Shown here: in pieces, positions 37,235 to 45,903 of the stretch
Layout of the letters: the number at the start of each line of letters is the position of its first letter
Numbering within the stretch: position 1 is the stretch's first letter
Assembly: GCA_036804165.1 (NCBI GenBank)
Contig: DAIRSZ010000001.1
Coordinates: forward strand, 11,468-75,467
Origin: Catalimonadaceae bacterium
GTDB taxonomy: Bacteria > Bacteroidota > Bacteroidia > Cytophagales > Flexibacteraceae
Direction: 5' to 3'
DNA: 64,000 nucleotides
Notes under the pieces: model-generated
The model's input: the letters and a program-made list of their open reading frames with translations, nothing else
The model's database searches: none
What the model was told of the DNA's origin: nothing
Program-made: the position numbers and the translations under genes

Positions 37235-37858
37235 ATGCTACCAACTTCTGCCCCGACCGTAACGACTTTGCCGCTCATGGAGGCTTTCTACACCCTGCAG
37301 GGCGAAGGAGCCCACAGCGGCCGGGCGGCGTACTTCATCCGCCTGGGCGGCTGCGACGTGGGCTGCCACTGGTGCGACGTGAAAGCATCGTGGGACGCCG
37401 CGCAATATCCCCAGCGAGCTGTCACCGACATTGTGGCCGACGCACGCGCGCACCCGGGGCGGCTGGCCGTTGTCACGGGGGGCGAGCCCCTCATGCACCC
37501 GCTCGACGCACTCTGCGCCCAACTGCGGGCGGCGGGCTTTCGCACCCACCTCGAAACGTCGGGGGCACATCCGCTAACGGGCACCTGGGACTGGATTTGC
37601 TTCTCGCCCAAGAAGTTTAAGGCCCCGGTGCCCGAGGTGTGCCAGCAAGCCGACGAACTCAAGGTGGTAGTCTATAACCGGAGCGACTTTGCTTGGGCCG
37701 AAAGTTTTGCGGCCCGCGTGCGGCCCACGTGCCGTCTTTTTCTACAACCAGAATGGGATCGGGCCACCCAGGTTACGCCCCTCCTGATCGAATACATCAA
37801 AGCCAATCCCCAATGGGAACTTTCCTTGCAAACGCACAAATACCTCGATATCCCCTGA
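37235..37858 (+). CDS. queE: 7-carboxy-7-deazaguanine synthase (radical SAM)
   Basis: EAFYTLQGEGAHSGRAAYFIRLGGCDVGCHWCDVK is the QueE CxxxCxxC region. I chose the ATG at 37235. Confidence 0.9.
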   Translation: MLPTSAPTVTTLPLMEAFYTLQGEGAHSGRAAYFIRLGGCDVGCHWCDVKASWDAAQYPQRAVTDIVADARAHPGRLAVVTGGEPLMHPLDALCAQLRAAGFRTHLETSGAHPLTGTWDWICFSPKKFKAPVPEVCQQADELKVVVYNRSDFAWAESFAARVRPTCRLFLQPEWDRATQVTPLLIEYIKANPQWELSLQTHKYLDIP

Positions 37859-39774
37859 TCGTAGCGCTTTGGCTAGTGGCGGGCCTAGCGATGGCCCAGC
37901 GACCCGGTGACCTGAGCACGCGCAACAAATCAGCCATACGGCTCTATCAGGATGCGCAGATTGATTTTAAGAAGCGCAACTTCGACGAAGGCGTCGCCAA
38001 ATTGGACAAAGCCCTGCGCAAGGACGAGCAGTTTGCCGAAGCTTATTTGCTGCGGGGAAATGCCTACCGCACGGCCCAAAAATTGGAAGAGGCCCAGCGC
38101 GACTACGAACGCTACATCGCCCTGCGCCCCGACACACGCGATGCCGCTCAGCTTAGCCTCTTTGTGGGTGAAGCCTACCTGCGGCGCGGTCAGTATGCCG
38201 ATGCCCGGCCGTTTTTGCAGCGCGGAGCCAACGGAGCCGCGCTCGATCAGGCCGCCCGCGACAAGGCCCGTCGCCAGCTCGAAAGCTGCGACTTTGCCGA
38301 AAATGCGATGGCCAACCCCATCGAGGTGGACATCCGGCCCCTGAGCCCGACGGTCAACGCTGGGCCGTTGCAGTATTTCCCGGTGCTGACGGCCGACCAG
38401 CAGATCCTCATCTTTACGGCGCGGCTGAGCAACGCCCCCGAATCGGACGAGAACATGTACGTCAGTCGCCGCGAAGGGCAGGACTGGAGCACGCCGCGCA
38501 GCCTCTCGGGCCGGATCAACAGCCGGGGCAACGAAGGCACGTGCAGCATCTCGGCCGATGGGCGGGTGCTGGTCTTTACGCGCTGCGACCCGCGCCGGGG
38601 CAGCGGTGGCTGCGACCTGTACATCTCGTATCGTCAGGGCAACGAATGGTCGTACCCCGAAAACATGGGTTCGGTGGTCAACTCGCCCAATTGGGATACC
38701 CAGCCTGCCCTTTCGGCCGATGGCCGCACGCTCTACTTCGCCTCGGATCGGCCAGGTGGCCAGGGACGGGCCGATATTTGGGTGACGAGGCGCGACGCCC
38801 AAGGCCAATGGCAGCCGCCTACCAACCTGGGGCCCCGCCTCAATACGCCCGGCGAAGACCTCGGCCCGTTTATTCATGCCAATGGCCGAACGTTGTTTTT
38901 CTCGTCGGATGGCCACGTCGGGATGGGCGGTTTGGACTTGTTTACGACCGAGCGTACCGATAGCAATTGGGTCTCGCCGCGCAACCTGGGCTATCCGCTC
39001 AACACCTATCTGGACGAAATTTCTTTCTTCGTGACGGCCGACGGACAAACGGCCTATTTTTCTAAAGAAGACCGCCGCGACCCGCGCAACAGCACCAGCC
39101 TGCTCTACTCCCTGGACCTCCCGCCCGAACTGGTCATCGAGCGGGCGGCCGACTACGTGCGCGGCCGGGTGTTCGATGCCCAAACCCAGCAGCCCCTCGC
39201 CGCTTTGCTCGAACTGCACGACGCCAGCACCGACGAAATTGTGCAGGTAGTTCGCTCCGATTCGGTGACGGGCGACTACCTCATCACCCTGGCGACGGGC
39301 AATGAGTACATCCTCTACGTCAATCAGCCAGGCTATCTGTTCGAGGGTTTTCCCTTCGATCGCCAACCTGCAGGCACGGAGGCCATCACAACGGGGGTCA
39401 CGCTCGACGTACCGTTGCAACCCGTACGTTCGGGCATGCGCACAACGCTCAACAATATTTTCTTCGACTCGGGCGACTACCGTTTGCTCGACGAATCGAA
39501 GGTAGAGCTAAACCAGATTGCCGCTTTTCTGCGAGCCAACCCCGCCTTGCGCGTCGAGATTGCGGGCCACACTGACGACGTAGGTAGTGCGACGGCCAAC
39601 CAGAAGCTGAGCGAACAGCGGGCGGCCGAGGTGTTCCGCTACCTGACCGAACAAAGCGGTCTGCCGCCCGCCCAGCTACGCTCGCAAGGCTACGGCAAAT
39701 CCGAACCCCTTGTGCCCAACGACTCAGACGAAAACCGTCAGAAAAACCGCCGCATCGAGTTTCGGGTGCTCTAG
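37813..39774 (+). CDS. OmpA-family protein with TPR and PD40 (TolB-like) repeats
   Basis: I chose the ATG at 37813, giving signal peptide MGTFLANAQIPRYPLIVALWLVAGLAMAQ. TPR region, repeated PD40-like S.DG..L.F.S.R motifs, and C-terminal OmpA_C (NIFFDSGDYRL...GHTDDVGSATANQKLSEQRA...NRRIEFRV). Confidence 0.8.
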   Translation: MGTFLANAQIPRYPLIVALWLVAGLAMAQRPGDLSTRNKSAIRLYQDAQIDFKKRNFDEGVAKLDKALRKDEQFAEAYLLRGNAYRTAQKLEEAQRDYERYIALRPDTRDAAQLSLFVGEAYLRRGQYADARPFLQRGANGAALDQAARDKARRQLESCDFAENAMANPIEVDIRPLSPTVNAGPLQYFPVLTADQQILIFTARLSNAPESDENMYVSRREGQDWSTPRSLSGRINSRGNEGTCSISADGRVLVFTRCDPRRGSGGCDLYISYRQGNEWSYPENMGSVVNSPNWDTQPALSADGRTLYFASDRPGGQGRADIWVTRRDAQGQWQPPTNLGPRLNTPGEDLGPFIHANGRTLFFSSDGHVGMGGLDLFTTERTDSNWVSPRNLGYPLNTYLDEISFFVTADGQTAYFSKEDRRDPRNSTSLLYSLDLPPELVIERAADYVRGRVFDAQTQQPLAALLELHDASTDEIVQVVRSDSVTGDYLITLATGNEYILYVNQPGYLFEGFPFDRQPAGTEAITTGVTLDVPLQPVRSGMRTTLNNIFFDSGDYRLLDESKVELNQIAAFLRANPALRVEIAGHTDDVGSATANQKLSEQRAAEVFRYLTEQSGLPPAQLRSQGYGKSEPLVPNDSDENRQKNRRIEFRVL

Positions 39775-39775
39775 C

Positions 39776-40585
39776 TCAAGTTTGCGCGTGGTGCCACATG
39801 GCTTGCTGCAACTGCTGGGCTGCCCGGCGAGCGGCCTGGGCAAAGTCGGGTCCATCGCTGGCGTAGAGGATGCTGCGCGAAGCGTTGATGAGCAGACCGC
39901 CGTCGGCCGAGCGACCTGCCCGCACCACAGTGGCCAGGTCGCCGCCCTGAGCGCCTATGCCCGGCACCAGCAGCACGGCCTTTGGTGCCAAGGCACGCAC
40001 CCGCGCCAAGTAGGTGGCTTGCGTAGCGCCCACCACGTACATGAGGCGCTCGGCATGGGGCCAACCCTGCGAGGTTTCGATCACGCGTTCGTAAAGGCCC
40101 TGGCCATTTTTGAGCAATTGTTGTTGAAAATCGGCACTGCCCGGATTAGACGTGAGGGCCAGCAGTATGGCCCACTTGTCGGGAAAAGCTAGAAAAGGTG
40201 CGACAGCGTCGTGCCCCATGTAGGGCGAGAGCGTGACGGCATCGAAGGCCATGGTCTCGAAGTAAGCCCGCGCATACATGGCGGCCGTATTGCCAATATC
40301 GCCCCGTTTGGCATCGGCGATGCGCAAATGAGAGGTAGGCAAAAACTCCAGTGTGCGGGCTAGTGTTTCCAAGCCCGCCGGGCCGAGGCATTCGTAAAAA
40401 GCCAGGTTGGGCTTGTAGGCTACGCAAAAGTCGGCAGTGGCTTCGATGAGCTGGCGGTTAAAAGCCAGGATAGGATCTTTTTCGCGCCGCAGGTGCGTCG
40501 GCAGTTTGGTCAGGTCTGGATCTAGCCCGACGCACAAAAATGACCGTTGGCGGTTCATGTGCGCGTGCAATGGTTCGTAGGTCAT
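39776..40585 (-). CDS. pyrF: orotidine-5'-phosphate decarboxylase (type 2)
   Basis: 269 aa. FLCVGLDPD and IADAKRGDIGNT motifs. Confidence 0.9.
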   Translation of the reverse strand: MTYEPLHAHMNRQRSFLCVGLDPDLTKLPTHLRREKDPILAFNRQLIEATADFCVAYKPNLAFYECLGPAGLETLARTLEFLPTSHLRIADAKRGDIGNTAAMYARAYFETMAFDAVTLSPYMGHDAVAPFLAFPDKWAILLALTSNPGSADFQQQLLKNGQGLYERVIETSQGWPHAERLMYVVGATQATYLARVRALAPKAVLLVPGIGAQGGDLATVVRAGRSADGGLLINASRSILYASDGPDFAQAARRAAQQLQQAMWHHAQT

Positions 40586-40756
40586 GTGGCTGGTTTGGTT
40601 GTTCGCAAGATAGGCGATTGTGTAGACCCATGATAGCCCGTGGCACCCGGAAGATAGCAGGTGAGTTTTTGTGGGACTAAAAATGTTTTGGTAAATAAAT
40701 ACCGCTAAATTTACGCCTCTGGCTAGTTGTAAAGCCGCCTTTAATTTTCAATCACT

Positions 40757-41461
40757 ATGACATCTTCTGCCCGTGTTTTTCGCTGCCTCATCGTAGATGA
40801 CGACGTAGCCAACCAGCACCTGCTGGTTCATTACGTGGGACAAACACCGGGCCTTTCGCTGGTCAAGACCCTGGACGATGGCGTAGCGGCACTGACCTAC
40901 TTGCGCGAGGCTCCGAAGGTGGACATTATTTTTCTTGATATCGAGATGCCTGGCCTCACGGGTATGGAGCTGCTGCGTTTGCTGCCCCATCGGCCGGCTA
41001 CTATTCTGACTACATCACACCTCGACTTTGCCCTCGACGCCTTCGACTTGCAAGTAGCCGACTACCTGGTCAAGCCCATTGCCTTCTCGCGCTTTACACA
41101 AGCCGTGCTGCGCGTCACCGAAGAGGCAAACCCGCCGACCCCTTCGCCCCTCGAATCTGTGTTTATCAAGACTAACGGACGGATGGTCAAGATCTGGCTC
41201 GATCGGGTGCGCTACATCCAAGCCCTTTCCGACTACATCGTGGTGGTGACCGACGAAAAGCAGTATGTAGTCTATTCGACCATGAAGGCGGTAGAAGAAA
41301 AACTCCCTGCCGACCACTTTGCCCGGGTGCATCGCTCTTACATCGTCAACACCCGCAAGATCGAAGCCATCGAAGACAACACTTTGCTCCTGGCCGAGCA
41401 GAAGATCCCGGTCAGCAAATCCTATCAGGAAAGCTTTTTTGCCCGGATATCGCGCATCTAG
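40757..41461 (+). CDS. LytR/AlgR-family response regulator (REC plus LytTR)
   Basis: Receiver domain (CLIVDDD ... IIFLDIEMPGLTG) and LytTR DNA-binding domain (VRYIQALSDYIVVVT ... RVHRSYIVN). Confidence 0.9.
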   Translation: MTSSARVFRCLIVDDDVANQHLLVHYVGQTPGLSLVKTLDDGVAALTYLREAPKVDIIFLDIEMPGLTGMELLRLLPHRPATILTTSHLDFALDAFDLQVADYLVKPIAFSRFTQAVLRVTEEANPPTPSPLESVFIKTNGRMVKIWLDRVRYIQALSDYIVVVTDEKQYVVYSTMKAVEEKLPADHFARVHRSYIVNTRKIEAIEDNTLLLAEQKIPVSKSYQESFFARISRI

Positions 41462-43002
41462 TCGGCCCAGATGAACTCGCGCACGCCCGTGGGGCTGTCC
41501 AGCGTCGTACGCGCAGCCTGCCGATGGCGCCGGATGACAAGGCGGCCCCGCACCGGACGGATGACCTGCTGCGCAACGACCTGGTGGGCATCCGATTTGT
41601 GATATACCACCACCGTAGCCGTTTCGCGACGCAGTCGTACCACGCGCCGGGCGGTCTGAGGCGAGGGGGATGCAGGGGCCGCCGTGCTGTCGAGCAACCA
41701 CAAGGCCCGGTCGGCCTGCGGCACGCCGTAGCCCACGTGGTTATTCCCAAAAGGATAGAGGTGCCCTGACTGCTCGATGAGGCTGTGCAATTGGTCGCCG
41801 CGTAGCTGGGGATTTTTCTCCAACAAGCAAGCCGCCAGCCCGGCCACCACGGGGGCAGCAAACGAAGTGCCCGTCAGCGAAAAACACGACACGTTGGGTT
41901 TGAGATAGGGCAAATATTCGGGACCGATGCCGCTATAGGGCACCCGGTGCCAGGGCTGGGCAAAAGTGGCCCCCACCGACAAGACGCCGGGCGCATCGGC
42001 GGGCGTCGAGATGTAGCGCCAGGCTTTGTTCATGCCATCGTTGCCCGCCGACACCACCACCATGATGCCCTTTTCTTCGGTGGCAATTTGGGCGGCGCGG
42101 GCAATGGCACTTGAGCCGTCCATCTGCGTAGGCTGGTAGTTTTCGTGAGGGTCGTCGAAGCCCAGGGCGTAGCCCAGCGATGTGTTGACCAGCCGAACCC
42201 CGAGGCTGTCCATCCACTCGAGGGCCGCAATCCAGTAGTCTTCTTCTCCCCGAAACTCGTAGCTGCCGTGGTCGGTGCGGGCCAGGTAGAACGTAGCCCC
42301 CGTGGCCATGCCGTGTTGCCCCTGGTCCGACATACCTGCGATCATTTTGAGCACCGTGGTGCCGTGGCCATCGAGGGGCGTTTCGGCAGTACCAAAAAAA
42401 TCCGCTCGCGTGGGGCTGACAAAATCGCGGTAGCCCCGTATGCGGCCTTCTGCAAAGAGGTGGCGCAGGGCCAGATGCTGATGGGCCTGGTAGAAGCCCG
42501 CGTCAATGACGCCGATGGCCACGCCCTGGCCCGTGAGCCGGGCGGCGGCAAGGGCCGGAGATTGCATCTGGGGCAGGGCAGGTTCGGCCCAGCTTTCGGC
42601 CTCGGGAGGGATATCGTCCCGCTGGGCGACGTGCGGGGCACGGCCCACCGGCCAGATGGCCACCACGCCCGGCAATTGGGCCACCCGCACCCGTTGCGGC
42701 GGCGTCAGGTAGGCCACCACGGCGTTGAGCCAACGCGACTGTCCCCCCATGGCCGTGGCACGCGCCGCAATGGCCGCCACCCGATCGGCATCGAGGGCGC
42801 GATCGGTCAGGTGCTCGGGGGAAAGGCCCATTTGCTGGCGTTGCTGGCGGGTTTGCGCGCTGATCAGAGCGGGGCTGTCGGCGGGCTTGGTGGCCAGTTG
42901 CACCCAATATTTTTGCGGGGCTTGGGCAGACAAGCTGCCGCCCAGCAAAATGCAGCCCATAAAGCACCAAAGACAGCGCAAAGAATTTATTCTGACGTAC
43001 AT
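41458..43002 (-). CDS. S8 family (subtilisin-like) serine peptidase
   Basis: I chose the ATG at 43002 (signal-like MYVRINSLRCLWCFMGCILLGGSLSAQ). Catalytic triad contexts GVIDAGF, HGTTVLKMIAG and GTSFAAPVVAG. N-terminal propeptide-like region. Confidence 0.85.
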   Translation of the reverse strand: MYVRINSLRCLWCFMGCILLGGSLSAQAPQKYWVQLATKPADSPALISAQTRQQRQQMGLSPEHLTDRALDADRVAAIAARATAMGGQSRWLNAVVAYLTPPQRVRVAQLPGVVAIWPVGRAPHVAQRDDIPPEAESWAEPALPQMQSPALAAARLTGQGVAIGVIDAGFYQAHQHLALRHLFAEGRIRGYRDFVSPTRADFFGTAETPLDGHGTTVLKMIAGMSDQGQHGMATGATFYLARTDHGSYEFRGEEDYWIAALEWMDSLGVRLVNTSLGYALGFDDPHENYQPTQMDGSSAIARAAQIATEEKGIMVVVSAGNDGMNKAWRYISTPADAPGVLSVGATFAQPWHRVPYSGIGPEYLPYLKPNVSCFSLTGTSFAAPVVAGLAACLLEKNPQLRGDQLHSLIEQSGHLYPFGNNHVGYGVPQADRALWLLDSTAAPASPSPQTARRVVRLRRETATVVVYHKSDAHQVVAQQVIRPVRGRLVIRRHRQAARTTLDSPTGVREFIWAD

Positions 43003-43233
43003 GCAGCTAACATACGGATGAGGCCCACAAGATAGGCACGCGGCAGCGAGTTTGGCCATGCGTGCAAGAAGTCAGATAACGAGAAAAACGAACGGATAGA
43101 TGCCACGCCAGGGAGGGTGACTATTATGCTGGAAGTATGGCCTTCTGGCATAAGTACCACGGGCACGCGGTGCGAATAGAAAAGCCGCGCGAGTTTTCTA
43201 TTTTGCGGCGTTTTCAGCATCGGCTTCCCTTCC

Positions 43234-44244
43234 TTGACACCCGTTCCCGTTCTTACCGAAAAAGTAGCCATCATTGGCGGTGGCAGTTGGGCAACGGCCC
43301 TGGTGAAGATTCTCTCCGAACAACCCATCAAGATTGAATGGTGGCTGCGCAACCATCGCGCAGTAGAGCACATCCGGCGCTATCATCATAACCCTGACTA
43401 CCTGGCCGACGTGTACCTTAACCGCCGCAAGGTGCGCCCTCGCAAACGCCTCTGGAAGGCCCTCGAAGATGCGGCCACGGTCGTGATTGCCGTGCCTGCG
43501 GCCTTCGTGAAGGATGCTCTCTCGGAGGTGACACCCGAGCAATTGGCGGGCAAGCGGATTGTGTCGGCTGTAAAGGGGATGATCCCCGACGAACACCTGC
43601 TGGTGACCGACTACATGCAACAGGCCTTTGGCATTCTGGCCGAGGACCTGTGCGTGATTGCTGGCCCCTGCCACGCCGAAGAAGTGGCCATGGAGCGGCA
43701 ATCCTACCTCACCATTGCGGGGGCAGACCTGACGCAGGCGCACGCATTTGCCGACCTGATGAGCTGCCGTTTTGTACGAACGCAGGTGTCCGACGACCTC
43801 TACGGCATCGAATATTGCGCCGTTCTCAAAAACGTGGTGGCCCTGGCCTGTGGCATCTGTCACGGACTTAACTACGGCGACAACTTCCTGGCTGTGTTGG
43901 TGTCCAATGCCTTGCAGGAGATCGCCCGTTTTCTCGAAAGGGTGGCCCCCCGTGCCCGCGACCTGCACGACTCGGCCTACGTGGGCGATTTGCTCGTGAC
44001 GGCCTACTCACAATTTAGTCGCAACCGCATGTTTGGCAACATGATCGGCCGGGGCTACGGCGTCAAGGCGGCGCAAATGGAGATGAACATGGTGGCCGAA
44101 GGCTACTACGCCGTGCGCAGCCTCAACGGCCTGATGGAACAGCACCAGATTGATATGCCCATCACGCGGGCCGTCTATCACATGCTCTACGAGCGGGTGT
44201 CGCCCGCCGTCGAGATCGAAATTCTCAAAAACCTGCTGCACTAG
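43234..44244 (+). CDS. gpsA: NAD(P)H-dependent glycerol-3-phosphate dehydrogenase
   Basis: KVAIIGGGSWATALVKIL Rossmann motif, and EGYYAVRSL in the C-terminal domain. TTG start at 43234 (no ATG nearby). Confidence 0.9.
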   Translation: MTPVPVLTEKVAIIGGGSWATALVKILSEQPIKIEWWLRNHRAVEHIRRYHHNPDYLADVYLNRRKVRPRKRLWKALEDAATVVIAVPAAFVKDALSEVTPEQLAGKRIVSAVKGMIPDEHLLVTDYMQQAFGILAEDLCVIAGPCHAEEVAMERQSYLTIAGADLTQAHAFADLMSCRFVRTQVSDDLYGIEYCAVLKNVVALACGICHGLNYGDNFLAVLVSNALQEIARFLERVAPRARDLHDSAYVGDLLVTAYSQFSRNRMFGNMIGRGYGVKAAQMEMNMVAEGYYAVRSLNGLMEQHQIDMPITRAVYHMLYERVSPAVEIEILKNLLH

Positions 44245-44247
44245 GCC

Positions 44248-45057
44248 CTAGGGCAGGGGATACACCTCTAGGGCGCGGTCGGTCAGCAAAAGCACGTGGG
44301 TGGGCACAACCAGCACCTGGCGCACGGGCGACGCCGGCAGCACCAGCGGCACAGTGCGCTCCTGAAAGTTGTAGAGGTGAAAAAAGACCAACTCGTTTCC
44401 CCTCAGGAAATACAGTTCGTCGCGGTAGAAGCCAAATTGCGCAAGCCCCGCAAAAGGCAGCCGTTTGCGGTAGTTGCCCAGGTTGTCGAACACCAACAAG
44501 CCGTTGCGCTCGTCGCTGACGTAAAGCTGGTTCTGATATTCCCGCATGAAACCCACTTGCACCCAGGGGGTTTCTAGTTGCAAGGCCAAGGGTGAAACCA
44601 ACACGTTTTGCCGAGTTTGCGGATCGTATTTTTTCAGACTAAAGTCCGTGTCGTCGAACACCCAGATGAGGTTGTCGGCGGCCAACGTGGCGCTGCGGGC
44701 AAAGCCCACGGCGTCGGGTGCAAAGCGTATGAGCGGGCTGTTGTGGAGGAAACGATCCAGCAGCAGGTATTCTTGGTATTCTTGATAAAAGGCAAAGATG
44801 CGCAGCGTAAACCAAGCTTCCAGCAGATCCGGCACGGCCAGTTTCTGGGGCGAGAAGTGAAGCAACGGTTGCCCTTCGGAAGTATATTTGTTGATATTGC
44901 CCCGCTCGTCGGCCACAAACAGGTGCCCATTGCGATCGAGCGAAGCGTGCGCGACTACCCCGAGCGGAACAGCGCGTACGGCTTCTAGGGGCGGCTGTGC
45001 CCGGAGGGCAAGCGCCGTGAGCACGACCAGCCACGCACTATACCGCCACTTTTTCAT
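44248..45057 (-). CDS. hypothetical secreted protein (beta-propeller-like)
   Basis: I chose the ATG at 45057 (MKKWRYSAWLVVLTALALRAQ signal). Repetitive beta-strand-rich sequence with no recognised motif. Its start lies 20 nt inside the lpxH 3' end. Confidence 0.55.
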   Translation of the reverse strand: MKKWRYSAWLVVLTALALRAQPPLEAVRAVPLGVVAHASLDRNGHLFVADERGNINKYTSEGQPLLHFSPQKLAVPDLLEAWFTLRIFAFYQEYQEYLLLDRFLHNSPLIRFAPDAVGFARSATLAADNLIWVFDDTDFSLKKYDPQTRQNVLVSPLALQLETPWVQVGFMREYQNQLYVSDERNGLLVFDNLGNYRKRLPFAGLAQFGFYRDELYFLRGNELVFFHLYNFQERTVPLVLPASPVRQVLVVPTHVLLLTDRALEVYPLP

Positions 45058-45829
45058 CCGTAAATTGACGTAGGCGGACGCACTGGCCGTCAAACTCGGC
45101 GTAGGTGCAGTGCGAGATCCATTCCCCAAGGTTGATGTAGCGGCTGGCGGGGGTCACTTCCAAATCGAGGGGCAAGTGCCGATGGCCAAAAATGTAGTAG
45201 TCGTGGTGCTGCTGCGCCTCTACCTGACGGCAATATTGCAACAACCATTCGCTTTCACCCAGAAAACGGGCATCGGCATCGGCACCAAACTTGCGACTCC
45301 GGCGCGACCAGCCGTGCGCAATCCACATCCCAATGCCAGGGTGCAGGGCCGCAAAGAGGCGGCGGGCGGCCGGGTGGGCAAACACCCGCTTGAGCAATTT
45401 GTACTGCGCATCGCCGGGACCGAGACCATCGCCATGGCCCACCAGCAACACCTTGTCACCAATGGTGAGCCGCTGGGGCGTTCGGTACACGGGAATGCCC
45501 AATTCCTGCGGAAAATAGTCAGCCATCCACATATCGTGGTTGCCCGTGAAGACGTACACGGGCAGGCCACCGTCTACCAACTGGGCCAGCTTACCCAAAA
45601 AACGCACGAATCCTTTGGGCACCACGTGGCGGTATTCGAACCAAAAATCGAACACATCGCCCACCAACAGCAAGGCGTGGGCATCGGGTTGGATAGCGTC
45701 CAGAAAATGCAGGAGGCGCCGTTCACGCATCTGGCTGGCCGCCCGGTGCGGGGCACCCAGGTGAAAGTCCGAAGCGAAATATATTTTCTGGCCGGGCGGG
45801 AGGGCCAACAAACGGGCGGATAGTGACAT
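45038..45829 (-). CDS. lpxH: UDP-2,3-diacylglucosamine diphosphatase
   Basis: I chose the ATG at 45829. Calcineurin-like metallophosphoesterase motifs SDFHLG, VGDVFDFW and GNHDMW. Confidence 0.85.
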   Translation of the reverse strand: MSLSARLLALPPGQKIYFASDFHLGAPHRAASQMRERRLLHFLDAIQPDAHALLLVGDVFDFWFEYRHVVPKGFVRFLGKLAQLVDGGLPVYVFTGNHDMWMADYFPQELGIPVYRTPQRLTIGDKVLLVGHGDGLGPGDAQYKLLKRVFAHPAARRLFAALHPGIGMWIAHGWSRRSRKFGADADARFLGESEWLLQYCRQVEAQQHHDYYIFGHRHLPLDLEVTPASRYINLGEWISHCTYAEFDGQCVRLRQFTDEKVAV

Positions 45830-45852
45830 GGACAAGGCAAAAATAGCCGATC

Positions 45853-45889
45853 GAAAACAAAAACAGGACACCCGGTCGGGATGTCCTGT
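45853..45889 (-). terminator. rho-independent terminator of ftsH
   Basis: 8-bp stem ACAGGACA (45863-45870) / TGTCCTGT (45882-45889). On the minus strand it is followed by TTTTTGTTTTC. It starts 15 nt past the ftsH stop. Confidence 0.55.
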
Positions 45890-45903
45890 CCTGAGGGCCA
45901 GGG

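Noticed and set aside
43003-43233. 231-nt divergent region between the S8 protease and gpsA, considered as a possible sRNA or small-ORF locus (for example track ORF 43137-43337)
   Set aside because: The 66-aa ORF runs into gpsA in another frame and is low-complexity. I saw no terminator-like hairpin or consensus promoter box, so this is most simply a divergent promoter region.
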